This document shows, in pieces, positions 1 through 9,664 of a stretch of DNA of 64,000 nt. Source of the stretch: Euryarchaeota archaeon UBA251 (lineage in GTDB: Archaea; Thermoplasmatota; Poseidoniia; Poseidoniales; Thalassarchaeaceae); contig DAFJ01000085.1 in NCBI GenBank assembly GCA_002497905.1, positions 15,993 to 79,992 on the forward strand, read 5' to 3'. Below the pieces are notes generated by a model. That model saw only the letters and a list, made by a program, of their open reading frames with translations. It did no database searches and had not been told where the DNA came from. The position numbers and the translations under genes were made by a program. The stretch's first letter is position 1. Each line of letters starts with the position of its first letter.

Positions 1-2157
1 AAAACCTCACTCCCAACAGATGTCCGTATGGAAGCGATTATTCTCCCATTTACATCGGGAGATGTCTCTGAATCATCCGATCGTCTGGTAATCAGCGCAA
101 TTATCCATAACGATGGAACAGATTCAGTTAGCATCCAAGGTTACGATGACTGTGACATCCTGTGGTCACTCGATGGTGGTACACCAATGGAATCAGGAAT
201 CGGATGTGGGGAAGATGTCACAATCGATGCAGGTGATTCTCACCACCTTGGTTGGATTGAGCACTCACTCAATGATGCGGTTATTTCGGGGACAAGATCA
301 GCAAGCGTGTGGATTATTGGAAACGACCCCTCAGCACAGATATTCAACTGGATTCATACCGTGAGTGAATCAACTCTCTCCGATGTAGAGATTAGTATCG
401 AATCTTACTCTCTCAGCGATTCTATGGCCCCTACAGCCTCTAATATCGATGTACGTGTCGTCGCGAAGAATATCGGTCCTGAGAAAATCATCTTGGATTA
501 CTCGGCATCTTGCGCGGCACCAATCTCTGTTCTTGATGAACGAGGCCTTTGGATGCATGATCAATCCGAGGCTGCGAACTGTGATGCACCACTCACTACA
601 CTCAACCTTCTACCTGGGGAGGAGACCGTTCTGTGGGCCGATGAAGTATCTGCTGTAGATACAAATGGCTGCGGTTGGATTGGTTCAAACATGGTAATGC
701 AAGTTAATCTCCCCCAAATTGGACAATCCTCGATGAGGGGCTTCGAGCTATTGGACGGGAACGCAGCACAGGAATGTAGAGCATCCAATCAACCAACTGA
801 TAATATCGTATTCTCTGTCGATGAGTTCGAAGTTATCGATGACTTGGTGGAGTTTGACCTCTCTCTCACGAACAACGGAGAATTGCCTATAGATTTCATC
901 TGGACAAGTGATTGTGCTATTCGATCAGAGTCGTCTCTAGAAGGGAACGAACAAAGTCCACGTTCAAGTACGCTCTCCTGCGAACTTGACGATTCAATGA
1001 TTCGACTAACAGAAGGTGATACCTTCATCTTCGAAGGATTATCTCACATACTCTCAGATGATGTATCGGGGGAACATACGATCCTCTTCACACTGCAGTC
1101 CGTTCCTGAAATCCAAACAAGTCTGACATTCACAATCGAAGACACAGAAGAAGCGGTAGAGGAAAACGTGGAAGTGGATGACGAAGAAGAAATCATGACT
1201 GACGAAGAAGAGACCATTTTGTCTGTGGAGATCATTGAAGGAACTTGGAGTAGGGTTCGCACCGATGATGGTGGTTGTTGGGTGCTTATCTCACCTGCAG
1301 GTGAGGAGAGAGCACTCGAGATGAGTAACGATGCTTCCTTCACCGCTGTCGATGGCGAACAGGGTGTCTATCGGACCGTCGAAGCAACGCTCAGAACCCA
1401 AACACACTGCGCAGCATGGGGGCCCGGATTCGTAATTGAGGAAGTTCTCAATCAATGGGCACCTACAGACGAAGCTTCCGTAACTAGTATGGAAAGTGAA
1501 GATAGTGAATCTACACTGTTTATCCAACAAATTGTAGCACCTGCAACAACTGTGGTCGTAACCACATCACTTCTCTCGATAATGTTGCTTTTCGTTGTAA
1601 ATACAGAATGGCTTCGAATTGGTTTGCTCAACGGTGGCCTCGCTCTGATTGGAATGGTGCGTCGACGTGACTACGATGGCGACTTCCAACGCGGACGAGT
1701 CGTCGGCTACCTCGTGGCAAACCCTGGTGTCCACTTCCGTGCTCTACTGGCTGCACTAGACATGAGTAACGGCCAATTAGCTCACCACCTGAAAGTTCTC
1801 GAGGAAACCGAAATGATTTGGCGCCGGAGAGATGGGCGTATGATGCGATATTACCCCTCCACCATTGATTCCAAATTAGATGAAAATGACCTCCCTGTAC
1901 CTCTCCTATCTCCTGATCCGAACTCTCTCCAAGGACGCATTCTTGAACTCCTAGATGCAACTGGTAACGATATCGTTAACCTAAGTCAGAAAGAACTCGC
2001 TGTGCGGCTAGAAAGTAGTCAGCAACTTATCAGCCACCATCTGAAGACCCTCGAAGCCTATGGTCTGATTGAACGCGACCGGGTGGGGATGCGTTTCCGA
2101 TACCGGCTCACACGTGAAGCGCTCTTCCTGCTCGAAAGCACCGACCTAGATGTGTGA
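1..2157 (+). CDS. Membrane-anchored winged-helix transcriptional regulator with large extracellular Cys-containing beta-rich region (5'-truncated)
   Basis: Frame open from base 1 to the Met at 28, so the true start is upstream. Acidic beta-rich N-region, hydrophobic segment (VVVTTSLLSIMLLFVV), then two wHTH units (RGRVVGYLVANPGVHFRALL...GQLAHHLKVLE; LSQKELAVRLESSQQLISHHLKTLE). Confidence 0.8.
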   Translation, partial: KTSLPTDVRMEAIILPFTSGDVSESSDRLVISAIIHNDGTDSVSIQGYDDCDILWSLDGGTPMESGIGCGEDVTIDAGDSHHLGWIEHSLNDAVISGTRSASVWIIGNDPSAQIFNWIHTVSESTLSDVEISIESYSLSDSMAPTASNIDVRVVAKNIGPEKIILDYSASCAAPISVLDERGLWMHDQSEAANCDAPLTTLNLLPGEETVLWADEVSAVDTNGCGWIGSNMVMQVNLPQIGQSSMRGFELLDGNAAQECRASNQPTDNIVFSVDEFEVIDDLVEFDLSLTNNGELPIDFIWTSDCAIRSESSLEGNEQSPRSSTLSCELDDSMIRLTEGDTFIFEGLSHILSDDVSGEHTILFTLQSVPEIQTSLTFTIEDTEEAVEENVEVDDEEEIMTDEEETILSVEIIEGTWSRVRTDDGGCWVLISPAGEERALEMSNDASFTAVDGEQGVYRTVEATLRTQTHCAAWGPGFVIEEVLNQWAPTDEASVTSMESEDSESTLFIQQIVAPATTVVVTTSLLSIMLLFVVNTEWLRIGLLNGGLALIGMVRRRDYDGDFQRGRVVGYLVANPGVHFRALLAALDMSNGQLAHHLKVLEETEMIWRRRDGRMMRYYPSTIDSKLDENDLPVPLLSPDPNSLQGRILELLDATGNDIVNLSQKELAVRLESSQQLISHHLKTLEAYGLIERDRVGMRFRYRLTREALFLLESTDLDV

Positions 2158-2239
2158 TGGGCTGGTAGAGCAGAACCTGTCCACCGGATTCAAGAACGGA
2201 AGGCCAATGGTTCATACCGAATCAGAGGAGCGGCGCACG

Positions 2240-5095
2240 ATGGTAGAGTATGAGCCGAATGCCATCGAACCGAAGTGGCAGTTGGCCTGGAAGGAGGCGG
2301 CGTCCTTCGATTCTGATGTAGATCACTCCAAACCGAAGTTCTACTGCCTTGAGATGTTCCCATATCCATCCGGACATATGCATATGGGACATGTACGCAA
2401 CTATAGCATCGGAGATAGTATTGCTCGTTATCGACGCTTGCGTGGATTCAATGTCCTCTACCCAATGGGCTACGATTCATTCGGTATGCCTGCGGAGAAT
2501 GCGGCACGTAGTAAGGGAGGGCATCCACACGACGTAACATGGGGCAATATCGAATCCATCCGAGCAGATCTCCAACGTATGGGTTTCAGTTACGATTGGC
2601 GCCGTGAATTAGCAACCAGCAATGCAGAATACTATCACTGGAACCAATGGATATTCCTCAAATTCTACGAAACCGGACTCGTTGAACGAAGGACTGCCCC
2701 TGTTAATTGGTGCAACGATTGCGAGACCGTTCTCGCCAATGAACAGGTCAAGAACAATCGGTGCTGGAGATGCTCTTCCGAAGTTGTCCAAAAAGAGATG
2801 GCTCAATGGTTTCTCAAGATGACTGCCTACGCAAACGAATTACTCGATGGGCTTGATGATATCGGTTTTCCAGAGCATGTCAAGGCAATGCAGAGAAACT
2901 GGATTGGCCGCTCTCATGGGGCAGAAATCCATTTTCCTGTCGTAGATTCAGACCATACTATCGCGGCTTTTACTACTCGACCTGACACTATCTTCGGAGT
3001 CACCTTCGTCACGCTCTCGCCTGAACACCCGCTCTGTGAAGAGCTCGTTTCAGGTACCGAACGAGAAGAAGAATTTCAAGCGCTGGCAGAGGAATGTGCA
3101 AAATTAACCGAATTCGAACGAATCAATATGCTCCGCGAGAAGAAGGGAGTATTCCTCGGGCGCATGGCCCGTAACCCTCTATCTGGTGAAGAAATTCCAA
3201 TCTACGCAGGGAACTTTGTGGTCGCATCCTATGGTACGGGGGCAGTCATGGCAGTACCCGCTCATGACCAACGAGATTACGACTTTGCTGAGAAGTATGG
3301 CATCCACATTCGTCGTGTTCTTAGCGAAAGTGAAGGATCGGAATCAATTACTGAAGGCAAGGCCTTCGAAGGACTAGGGTGGATGATTGGTTCGTCGAGA
3401 GAAGGTTTCGACGGCCTGTATGGTGACGATGCGAAACAGGCTGTAATTCGTGCGCTTGAGGCTGACGGAGCTGGCAAGGGGAGCACACAATTCAGACTCA
3501 AGGATTGGTTACTTTCTCGTCAGCGATTCTGGGGGACACCTATTCCATTTGTCCACTGTACAAAATGTGGCGTCATTCCAGTCCCCCAAGAAGAACTCCC
3601 CGTTAGGCTTCCTCTTGACGTGGTTTTCTCTGAAGAAGACAGTGGTAACCCACTTGGGTCACATACGGAATTTGTCCAAACAACCTGTCCCACCTGTGGG
3701 GGAGAAGCACGAAGAGAAACCGATACCATGGATACATTCTATGATTCCTCATGGTACTTCCTCCGTTTTTGCGATGCGATGAATGAGAAGGCCCCCTATG
3801 ACCGCGAGACGATTGACTACTGGATGGAAGGTGGAGTGGACCTATACATTGGAGGCATAGAACATGCAATCATGCATCTCCTTTACGCTCGATTTTTCAC
3901 AAAGGCACTACGAGACTTTGGAATGAACAAGGTTTCCGAGCCATTCTCACGTCTTGTCTGCCAAGGCATGGTCAACGCACCAACGCCTTACTGCACCTCC
4001 TGTAACGTAGAGCATCATGTGGATCTAACAGGGAGTGATTGTCCACAATGCGGAGAACTGCTCGGCTCACGTTCGGCGAAAATGAGTAAAAGTCTTGGAA
4101 ATACAGTGAGTCCAGAAATAATGATTGAGCAATTCGGTGCCGATACTGTCCGTCTATTCATTCTGTTTGGTTCCAATCCCGAAGCAGGCATGGACTGGTC
4201 AGATTCTGCTGTAGAAGCAAACCACCGTCAAATGCACCAAATTTTCTCTATGCTTAATCTCCTCGACGAGGTTTCCAATGAAGTCGGACCGATGGATGAC
4301 TGGTTAGCCGCGAAACGGCGAAGAAACATGCATAACTGGTGGGATGCGATGGATGATGTTCGCATTAGAGAAGGTGTTATGATCAGTCATTTCGATATGC
4401 TAACCGACCTCCAGTGGGCAATGCGCCGGGGTGGAGTTGGTTCAAAGGAATTGAAGAAACATCTCACAGTTTGGGGCACGATGCTGTATCCAGCGACGCC
4501 CCATATGGCTGAAGAATGGAATTCACATCTTGGAAATGATACAACTCTGGCAGAGACGATAATCAATGACCCTAGTATTGATGATGATGATGTCTTAATC
4601 CTCTCAGAAGAAAGTGCTCTCAAGGACCTTATCGATTCAGCACGGAACGTGAAGGGGCTTGCAGAGCGACACTCGGAGAAACCTGTTACTCGCTTGGTGA
4701 TTCAAACAACTCCAAATTGGAAACGGGAGCTCCTCATTGAGGCGCTAGATCTTGCTGATTCTGGATTCGACTTTATGCGAGAGGGCGCTGCGTTCATTCA
4801 GCAACACTCTACGTTCGCAGATGAATCGATGCGCGGTGAAGTGATGCAGTACTGGCGTGCTCTAACAATTGGTAGTAAGAAGACACGTGGCCGAGTATTT
4901 ACTCTACGAGATACTGAGAAAACCCTGATTCGTTCAAAGCATAATGAAACCGCGAGCATAAAGTCCGCCGCATCATTCATCGCTGAAGCCATAGATATCG
5001 AAAACATCGAGGTCTATGTAGCTGGAGAAGGAGAAGACGTCTCTGGAAAGGCACGATTTTCGGCTCCACTCCAACCAGGGCTCGCCTTCCTCTGA
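2240..5095 (+). CDS. leuS: Leucine--tRNA ligase
   Basis: MFPYPSGHMHMGH (HIGH-type), CP1 editing motifs FTTRPDT and GTGAVMAVPAHDQRD, KMSKS. Start moved to ATG 2240 (MVEYEP), 29 nt after a TTCATA box. Confidence 0.97.
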   Translation: MVEYEPNAIEPKWQLAWKEAASFDSDVDHSKPKFYCLEMFPYPSGHMHMGHVRNYSIGDSIARYRRLRGFNVLYPMGYDSFGMPAENAARSKGGHPHDVTWGNIESIRADLQRMGFSYDWRRELATSNAEYYHWNQWIFLKFYETGLVERRTAPVNWCNDCETVLANEQVKNNRCWRCSSEVVQKEMAQWFLKMTAYANELLDGLDDIGFPEHVKAMQRNWIGRSHGAEIHFPVVDSDHTIAAFTTRPDTIFGVTFVTLSPEHPLCEELVSGTEREEEFQALAEECAKLTEFERINMLREKKGVFLGRMARNPLSGEEIPIYAGNFVVASYGTGAVMAVPAHDQRDYDFAEKYGIHIRRVLSESEGSESITEGKAFEGLGWMIGSSREGFDGLYGDDAKQAVIRALEADGAGKGSTQFRLKDWLLSRQRFWGTPIPFVHCTKCGVIPVPQEELPVRLPLDVVFSEEDSGNPLGSHTEFVQTTCPTCGGEARRETDTMDTFYDSSWYFLRFCDAMNEKAPYDRETIDYWMEGGVDLYIGGIEHAIMHLLYARFFTKALRDFGMNKVSEPFSRLVCQGMVNAPTPYCTSCNVEHHVDLTGSDCPQCGELLGSRSAKMSKSLGNTVSPEIMIEQFGADTVRLFILFGSNPEAGMDWSDSAVEANHRQMHQIFSMLNLLDEVSNEVGPMDDWLAAKRRRNMHNWWDAMDDVRIREGVMISHFDMLTDLQWAMRRGGVGSKELKKHLTVWGTMLYPATPHMAEEWNSHLGNDTTLAETIINDPSIDDDDVLILSEESALKDLIDSARNVKGLAERHSEKPVTRLVIQTTPNWKRELLIEALDLADSGFDFMREGAAFIQQHSTFADESMRGEVMQYWRALTIGSKKTRGRVFTLRDTEKTLIRSKHNETASIKSAASFIAEAIDIENIEVYVAGEGEDVSGKARFSAPLQPGLAFL

Positions 5096-5142
5096 ATCCA
5101 TCCAAGGTGTTCATAGAGGGTCGATGAGAGAGAGAGATACCC

Positions 5143-6123
5143 ATGAATGAAACTGGCGAGGGCTCTGTTTGGGGGAAAGACGAGCAGACATGCCTTAGGG
5201 CAATTCAACGATTTGAGACCAAGAATCGAGCAATGGGGATCCCTGAAAACATAGATCCTGAACCACAAACTATCGAGATTGAGTGGCCTATCAGCCCCGT
5301 TCCTCTTAATGTTCAGAAAGCAGTAGGCAAGTTAATTGTAAAACGTGGTGAATTCGGATTTCTGGAAGAGGAACGTGTTGATGAAATTGCTAAAATCATT
5401 GAGGAATATCCCATTGGCTTAGAGCAGGCGCTATCACTCAGGGCCGCAATCAATCAAGAGAAATCTGTCTATTCACATCGTCGAATCATGGACCGAAAGA
5501 AAGATCTCAGACGTAGATACGATGACGGGACTGGAATTCTTGAACTTGCAAAATTAGTAGATGGGCCCCCGGTTAATGTCTTCAGAGCGATTCTAACCGC
5601 GAGAAATCATTCCAAGAATCAAATCAAGATAATGCTGAAGGAACCTAATCGTATGAACGAACGAGATCAGGAGCAATTTCGAATTGCTGAAGAAGCGGAT
5701 CGTGTAGCTAACGTCGATCAATCTGAGACCCATCTCGCTGCCGACCTCTTCGAAGACATCTTGTGCGATCACTTCGAATCCCTTGGTGTCCGATTTCGGC
5801 GTCAAGGGGAACTATCGAAGGAGCAGATACTCTCTGAAGGACGACCTGTCAGGACACCTGATCTCCTCTTTCTTGATGACCTCCGTATCAATGGAATTCC
5901 ATGTGCATGGATTGATGCTAAACACTTCTTCGGTTCTGCACTAAGCTTTCCACGTAAGAAGACACAGAAACAAGTAAATCGCTACACTGAAGCATATGGA
6001 CAAGGAGCGATTATCTATCGACACGGATTCTGTGATGGGCTACATCTGAGAGGTGCGCAGAAACTAGATGCAATGCCCGTAGATCTATCACGATTGATCG
6101 AACATAATGAATCTCGCTCATGA
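5143..6123 (+). CDS. CDIN1/C15orf41-like (TPD domain) PD-(D/E)XK nuclease family protein
   Basis: C-terminal RTPDLLF...WIDAKHFFG...QVNRYTEAYGQGAIIYRHGF matches the TPD/CDIN1 pattern, preceded by a helical HTH-like region (ILELAKLVDGPPVNVFRAIL). Confidence 0.8.
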   Translation: MNETGEGSVWGKDEQTCLRAIQRFETKNRAMGIPENIDPEPQTIEIEWPISPVPLNVQKAVGKLIVKRGEFGFLEEERVDEIAKIIEEYPIGLEQALSLRAAINQEKSVYSHRRIMDRKKDLRRRYDDGTGILELAKLVDGPPVNVFRAILTARNHSKNQIKIMLKEPNRMNERDQEQFRIAEEADRVANVDQSETHLAADLFEDILCDHFESLGVRFRRQGELSKEQILSEGRPVRTPDLLFLDDLRINGIPCAWIDAKHFFGSALSFPRKKTQKQVNRYTEAYGQGAIIYRHGFCDGLHLRGAQKLDAMPVDLSRLIEHNESRS

Positions 6124-7122
6124 AATGGGACTCAATACTGTTTGAGCGCATTTTAGAGATGTGAGATTTACAAGAAGATTTTCCGCCTCATCCATTCGAT
6201 TTCCAGAACCTAATTCACGAGGCACAACAACAACACTTTCTCCAAGCATACAAAGCATCACTTCGATATCTTGCTCTATGGGCTTCAATGCCCAACGAAC
6301 CTCATCAAGTAAGGAAGCACGACCTGAATCCTCGATCAATCCAGATTGTTTAGCAAAACAATGCGCTGCATCGATTATCTCTCGCCAGCGAGTCGCATCC
6401 CATGGATTGTTGGACATTGTCTCCATGACCTCCTCTCCCGCGATTCTAATTCGCTGACTCCACCCTTCAGAATCGATGTACGTAGAGGTGTGCTTTGATC
6501 CGCTAGGCCGCCAAGCTAAGAGCAATGGAATCGAAGACGTCCAACCGTCAGAACGGCCTGGCCCCGTACCAACTACAACCGGTTCAATCTGGTCAATTTG
6601 GTGAGTCGCACCAGGTATGATTCGGCGAACTACACCACCTGCATGCAAGGCTGTAACATCTCCTAATCCACCACTATGTCGGCGTTCAACACGATGAGCA
6701 ATCGCCCATACTAGAGGCTCGTGCAAGTGTAAGGGTATATTTGAATGAGCAATCAAGCAACGTGCAGCGGTAATTGAGCCTGCAGCAGACAATCCAAAAC
6801 CCTGTGAAAAGGGTAATTCACAGACTAAATCGAATGTGTGATGCATCGAGTAAAGAGAAGAATCGAATCGTGCACATTCCTCAAGCACCAATCTATGAAG
6901 ATCAGAATCAATTGGTAACCCGTTTGAAATTACCATAAGACCTGATGAACGCGATGGGTCCGAACGACAGGAAGTGGAAAGGCCAGCCTCGATACAAAGA
7001 CCAATACCCATCGAACCCTGTTCATGGAGTTCTTCGGAATCAGAATGGACTGTGAAGGCCAAGGTGATGTGTCCGCCGCGTTTTGCGGTAGTTGTTACGA
7101 CGGCCATTGAGGCCACGCTCAA
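6118..7122 (-). CDS. Pantoate kinase (GHMP kinase family)
   Basis: GHIT near the N-terminus, GSMGIG, LPFSQGFGLSAAG GHMP motif, AHRVE...GGLGDV, MCMLGES. Exact start uncertain. Confidence 0.85.
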   Translation of the reverse strand: MSVASMAVVTTTAKRGGHITLAFTVHSDSEELHEQGSMGIGLCIEAGLSTSCRSDPSRSSGLMVISNGLPIDSDLHRLVLEECARFDSSLYSMHHTFDLVCELPFSQGFGLSAAGSITAARCLIAHSNIPLHLHEPLVWAIAHRVERRHSGGLGDVTALHAGGVVRRIIPGATHQIDQIEPVVVGTGPGRSDGWTSSIPLLLAWRPSGSKHTSTYIDSEGWSQRIRIAGEEVMETMSNNPWDATRWREIIDAAHCFAKQSGLIEDSGRASLLDEVRWALKPIEQDIEVMLCMLGESVVVVPRELGSGNRMDEAENLLVNLTSLKCAQTVLSPIS

Positions 7123-8013
7123 TCAAAGGACGATATCCAAATCACCAGAGAGGGATGCAAAGCGCTCTCCAAGTGATGCAGTTGCGAGTTCAAAGACTGT
7201 GCGGGCCTTCATTGAACCGTCCGTTTCGTAGCTCAGGATGTATTCCCCTTCGATATCTTCGAGAGTAATCGCAGCACCGAAATCTCGGCCTAGATCGGTA
7301 CTTGGGCCAACATGATGGAGCTCTGCGCGAACCTTGTCCACCATCTGAATATCCTCGATGCGTCCATTCTTTCCGAAATCCTTCTCGGTGACCGTTAGTC
7401 CAAGCCCCCATAGGGACTTGGCTGCTTTCTTATCGGAAAGGACTGCATGCTGACGACTCTGGAAGGTAATGCCGCATACAGGCTGCCACTTCACATGGTC
7501 CCGGCCATATCCCTTCTTGGCCTTAGCTGTGAGTGAAATCATCTGACCCGTGTATAACTTAGTGATAGTGATATCACCAAACTCCTCTGGGATGGAGAGT
7601 GATAAATCGCCGAAGACCTCCAGATCTCTTGCCTTGACAGCGCGCCCCTCTGGGGTTCCTTTGACATTACAAGTGTAGACGATGTTACACATTGGGCAGC
7701 CGCGTTGCGACTCAACCATGTCCTTGCAATTAACACACTCATCTTCAAACGAGAAATCCTGAGTATCGGATGGAATAGGAGTCATCGCAAGTCGGTGAGC
7801 AATTACTTCGTCTGGAATTGGTCCAACTGTCTCCCAAATCTGATCATCGGCGACTTCGGTTGATTGTGTGAAGCGAACCTGATGAATCGCCATCTTAGGG
7901 GTGTCCGCAATCATGGTTCGACGGAGCGCATTCACAGCTGCGTGATCCGTATCCTTAAGCAGAATTCGAATCCGGTTATCCTCTTCTTCAATAATCTCGC
8001 AATCCATTTCCAT
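7123..8013 (-). CDS. rpoD: DNA-directed RNA polymerase subunit D (Rpo3)
   Basis: NALRRTMIADTPKMAI, DEVIAHRLAMTP, GYGRDHVKWQP, ETDGSM; last gene of the archaeal S13-S4-S11-D operon. Confidence 0.95.
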   Translation of the reverse strand: MEMDCEIIEEEDNRIRILLKDTDHAAVNALRRTMIADTPKMAIHQVRFTQSTEVADDQIWETVGPIPDEVIAHRLAMTPIPSDTQDFSFEDECVNCKDMVESQRGCPMCNIVYTCNVKGTPEGRAVKARDLEVFGDLSLSIPEEFGDITITKLYTGQMISLTAKAKKGYGRDHVKWQPVCGITFQSRQHAVLSDKKAAKSLWGLGLTVTEKDFGKNGRIEDIQMVDKVRAELHHVGPSTDLGRDFGAAITLEDIEGEYILSYETDGSMKARTVFELATASLGERFASLSGDLDIVL

Positions 8014-8019
8014 TCCTCC

Positions 8020-8403
8020 TCATACTCGGCGTCCTCGTCGTCCGCCTTTCTTCTTCGTCCCATCCGTTGGGATAGGAGTGACATCCTCGATGCGTGTGAT
8101 AGTCATACCTGCACGAGTTAGAGCACGAATTGCCGAAGTTGCGCCAGGTGCAGAAGGTGAACGATTGCCACCAGCACCACGGTACTTCACAATTAGTTGA
8201 TCGAACTCTTTCTCAGTGAGCATCTCAGCAATTTGTTCAGCGGCTCGAGTTGAGGAAAATTGTCCGCTCTTAGCAGAACCCTTGCCAACAACAATGCCAC
8301 CAGAAACCTTGCAGATTGTCTCAGCACCAGTCAAATCAGTAGCTGTAAGCAAAATATTGTTGTGAGAACTGAAGATGTGAACTATTGCCTTATGACCCAT
8401 CAT
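8020..8403 (-). CDS. rps11: 30S ribosomal protein uS11
   Basis: HIFSSHNN...[31 protein letters not shown]. Confidence 0.97.
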   Translation of the reverse strand: MMGHKAIVHIFSSHNNILLTATDLTGAETICKVSGGIVVGKGSAKSGQFSSTRAAEQIAEMLTEKEFDQLIVKYRGAGGNRSPSAPGATSAIRALTRAGMTITRIEDVTPIPTDGTKKKGGRRGRRV

Positions 8404-9080
8404 TCATCGCCTCCTTCCTCAACTACTGCATCGGCTTCTGCAGCATCCTGCTTGATTTGGTCTACATCGGTCTCAGTCCACTCGCGTGTGTCTGGGATTG
8501 CTTCTGGGTCCTCTTCGACGTCGCCACCAACAGTCTGTCTTCGACGTTCCATCTCCTGACGCATTGAGTGGTCCGGATTATTGAACTTCGAAGTCGGGTG
8601 GTAAGCGATTTCTGCCTCCTCCTGACGTAGGACGTGGTAACCTGGAACGTTCATCCTCTGGTTGCCCAGAACAATGTGGCCATGGACAATAATATTCCGT
8701 GCAGCGCGCATAGAAGGGGCGAATCCCTTGTAGTAAACTTGGGACTGGAGTCGGCGATCAAGCATATTCTCGACGTTGATCTGTAGAACATCATCTAATC
8801 CTGCTTCCTCCGCAATGAGGCCTTTACGATGCATTGAGGAAAGGAAATCTCCCTTTTCTCGCATAAAGTGGCCTTCTGTAGTATCGACTCGACCAATGAG
8901 CTTCATAGCAAGTTGGCGATGGCGACGAAGGGCACTCTTAGCACGCCAAATCTCCTTCATTCCACCAATACGCTTCAAGCCGTACTGTTCCTTGAGAGCA
9001 TGCTCTTCTTCAATTCGCTCAGCCTTCCATGGGTGAGTAGGGGTCTGTGTCTTAGGACGTGAAAACTTCGGTTGGCCCAT
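8400..9080 (-). CDS. rps4: 30S ribosomal protein uS4 (with acidic C-terminal tail)
   Basis: [34 protein letters not shown]4 motif. Confidence 0.97.
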   Translation of the reverse strand: MGQPKFSRPKTQTPTHPWKAERIEEEHALKEQYGLKRIGGMKEIWRAKSALRRHRQLAMKLIGRVDTTEGHFMREKGDFLSSMHRKGLIAEEAGLDDVLQINVENMLDRRLQSQVYYKGFAPSMRAARNIIVHGHIVLGNQRMNVPGYHVLRQEEAEIAYHPTSKFNNPDHSMRQEMERRRQTVGGDVEEDPEAIPDTREWTETDVDQIKQDAAEADAVVEEGGDE

Positions 9081-9092
9081 TCAATCCCCTCC

Positions 9093-9557
9093 TCAAACCT
9101 TCTTCCTCTCAACACCGAGTGTCAGACCACTGCGGCCATTGCTTCGAAGACGCTGCCCGCGAACCTTGTGACCACTTCGGTGGCGAAGACCACGGTATGC
9201 CTTCATCTCGGCAAGACGGGCGATGTCATCGTCCCGTGTTAGTTTGACTTCAAGAGAAAATAGGTGTGCGTCCTCATTGGTCTCTAGATCGCGCTCTCTG
9301 TTGACAAGCCAGCCAGGGACAAGAGAGGGGTAAGTATCAATCGCGTTACGGAGACGATCTTGCTCAGCATCATCTAGATGACCACCTAATTTGCTGGGAT
9401 CAATCTCTGCAAGTTGACAGAGGCGTCGCGCAGTACGGCGGCCAATGCCCTTTACATTCGTCAATCCCATCCCAATCGGTCGCACGCCATCAATGTCAGC
9501 ATCTGCGATTCGCAGGATGTACAGGAAATCTTCTCCGAAGTCGTTCTCGGTACTCAT
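9093..9557 (-). CDS. rps13: 30S ribosomal protein uS13
   Basis: GLTNVKGIGRR, YRGLRHRSGHKVRGQRLRSNGRSG. Start placed at ATG 9557 (MSTEND) after a GGGGGA SD-like sequence. Confidence 0.96.
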   Translation of the reverse strand: MSTENDFGEDFLYILRIADADIDGVRPIGMGLTNVKGIGRRTARRLCQLAEIDPSKLGGHLDDAEQDRLRNAIDTYPSLVPGWLVNRERDLETNEDAHLFSLEVKLTRDDDIARLAEMKAYRGLRHRSGHKVRGQRLRSNGRSGLTLGVERKKV

Positions 9558-9559
9558 TT

Positions 9560-9634
9560 CTACGGTTCCCCCGTGTTCATCGGTCACCCGATGGCCCTTA
9601 CGGGCAGCCAACCGACTTGCCCCCCATATATGAA
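9560..9634 (-). promoter_or_regulatory. Promoter plus structured 5' leader of the rps13-rps4-rps11-rpoD operon (candidate r-leader)
   Basis: Minus strand: TTCATA box at 9634-9629, then three tandem hairpins GCCC-GUAA-GGGC (9605-9594), CAUCGG-GUGA-CCGAUG (9593-9578) and ACGG-GGGAA-CCGU (9574-9562) directly before the ATG. Confidence 0.55.
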
Positions 9635-9664
9635 TGGAACGATGCAGACCACCGATTTAGAGGC

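Noticed and set aside
5126-5137. (GA)n run upstream of the CDIN1-like gene as a phase-variation tract
   Set aside because: Only about six units in a spacer; too short to support a claim.
9590-9605. Plus-strand ATGGCCCTTACG resembles a bacterial 16S rRNA segment
   Set aside because: A short match, antisense to the operon transcript and with no flanking rRNA sequence; most likely coincidence.
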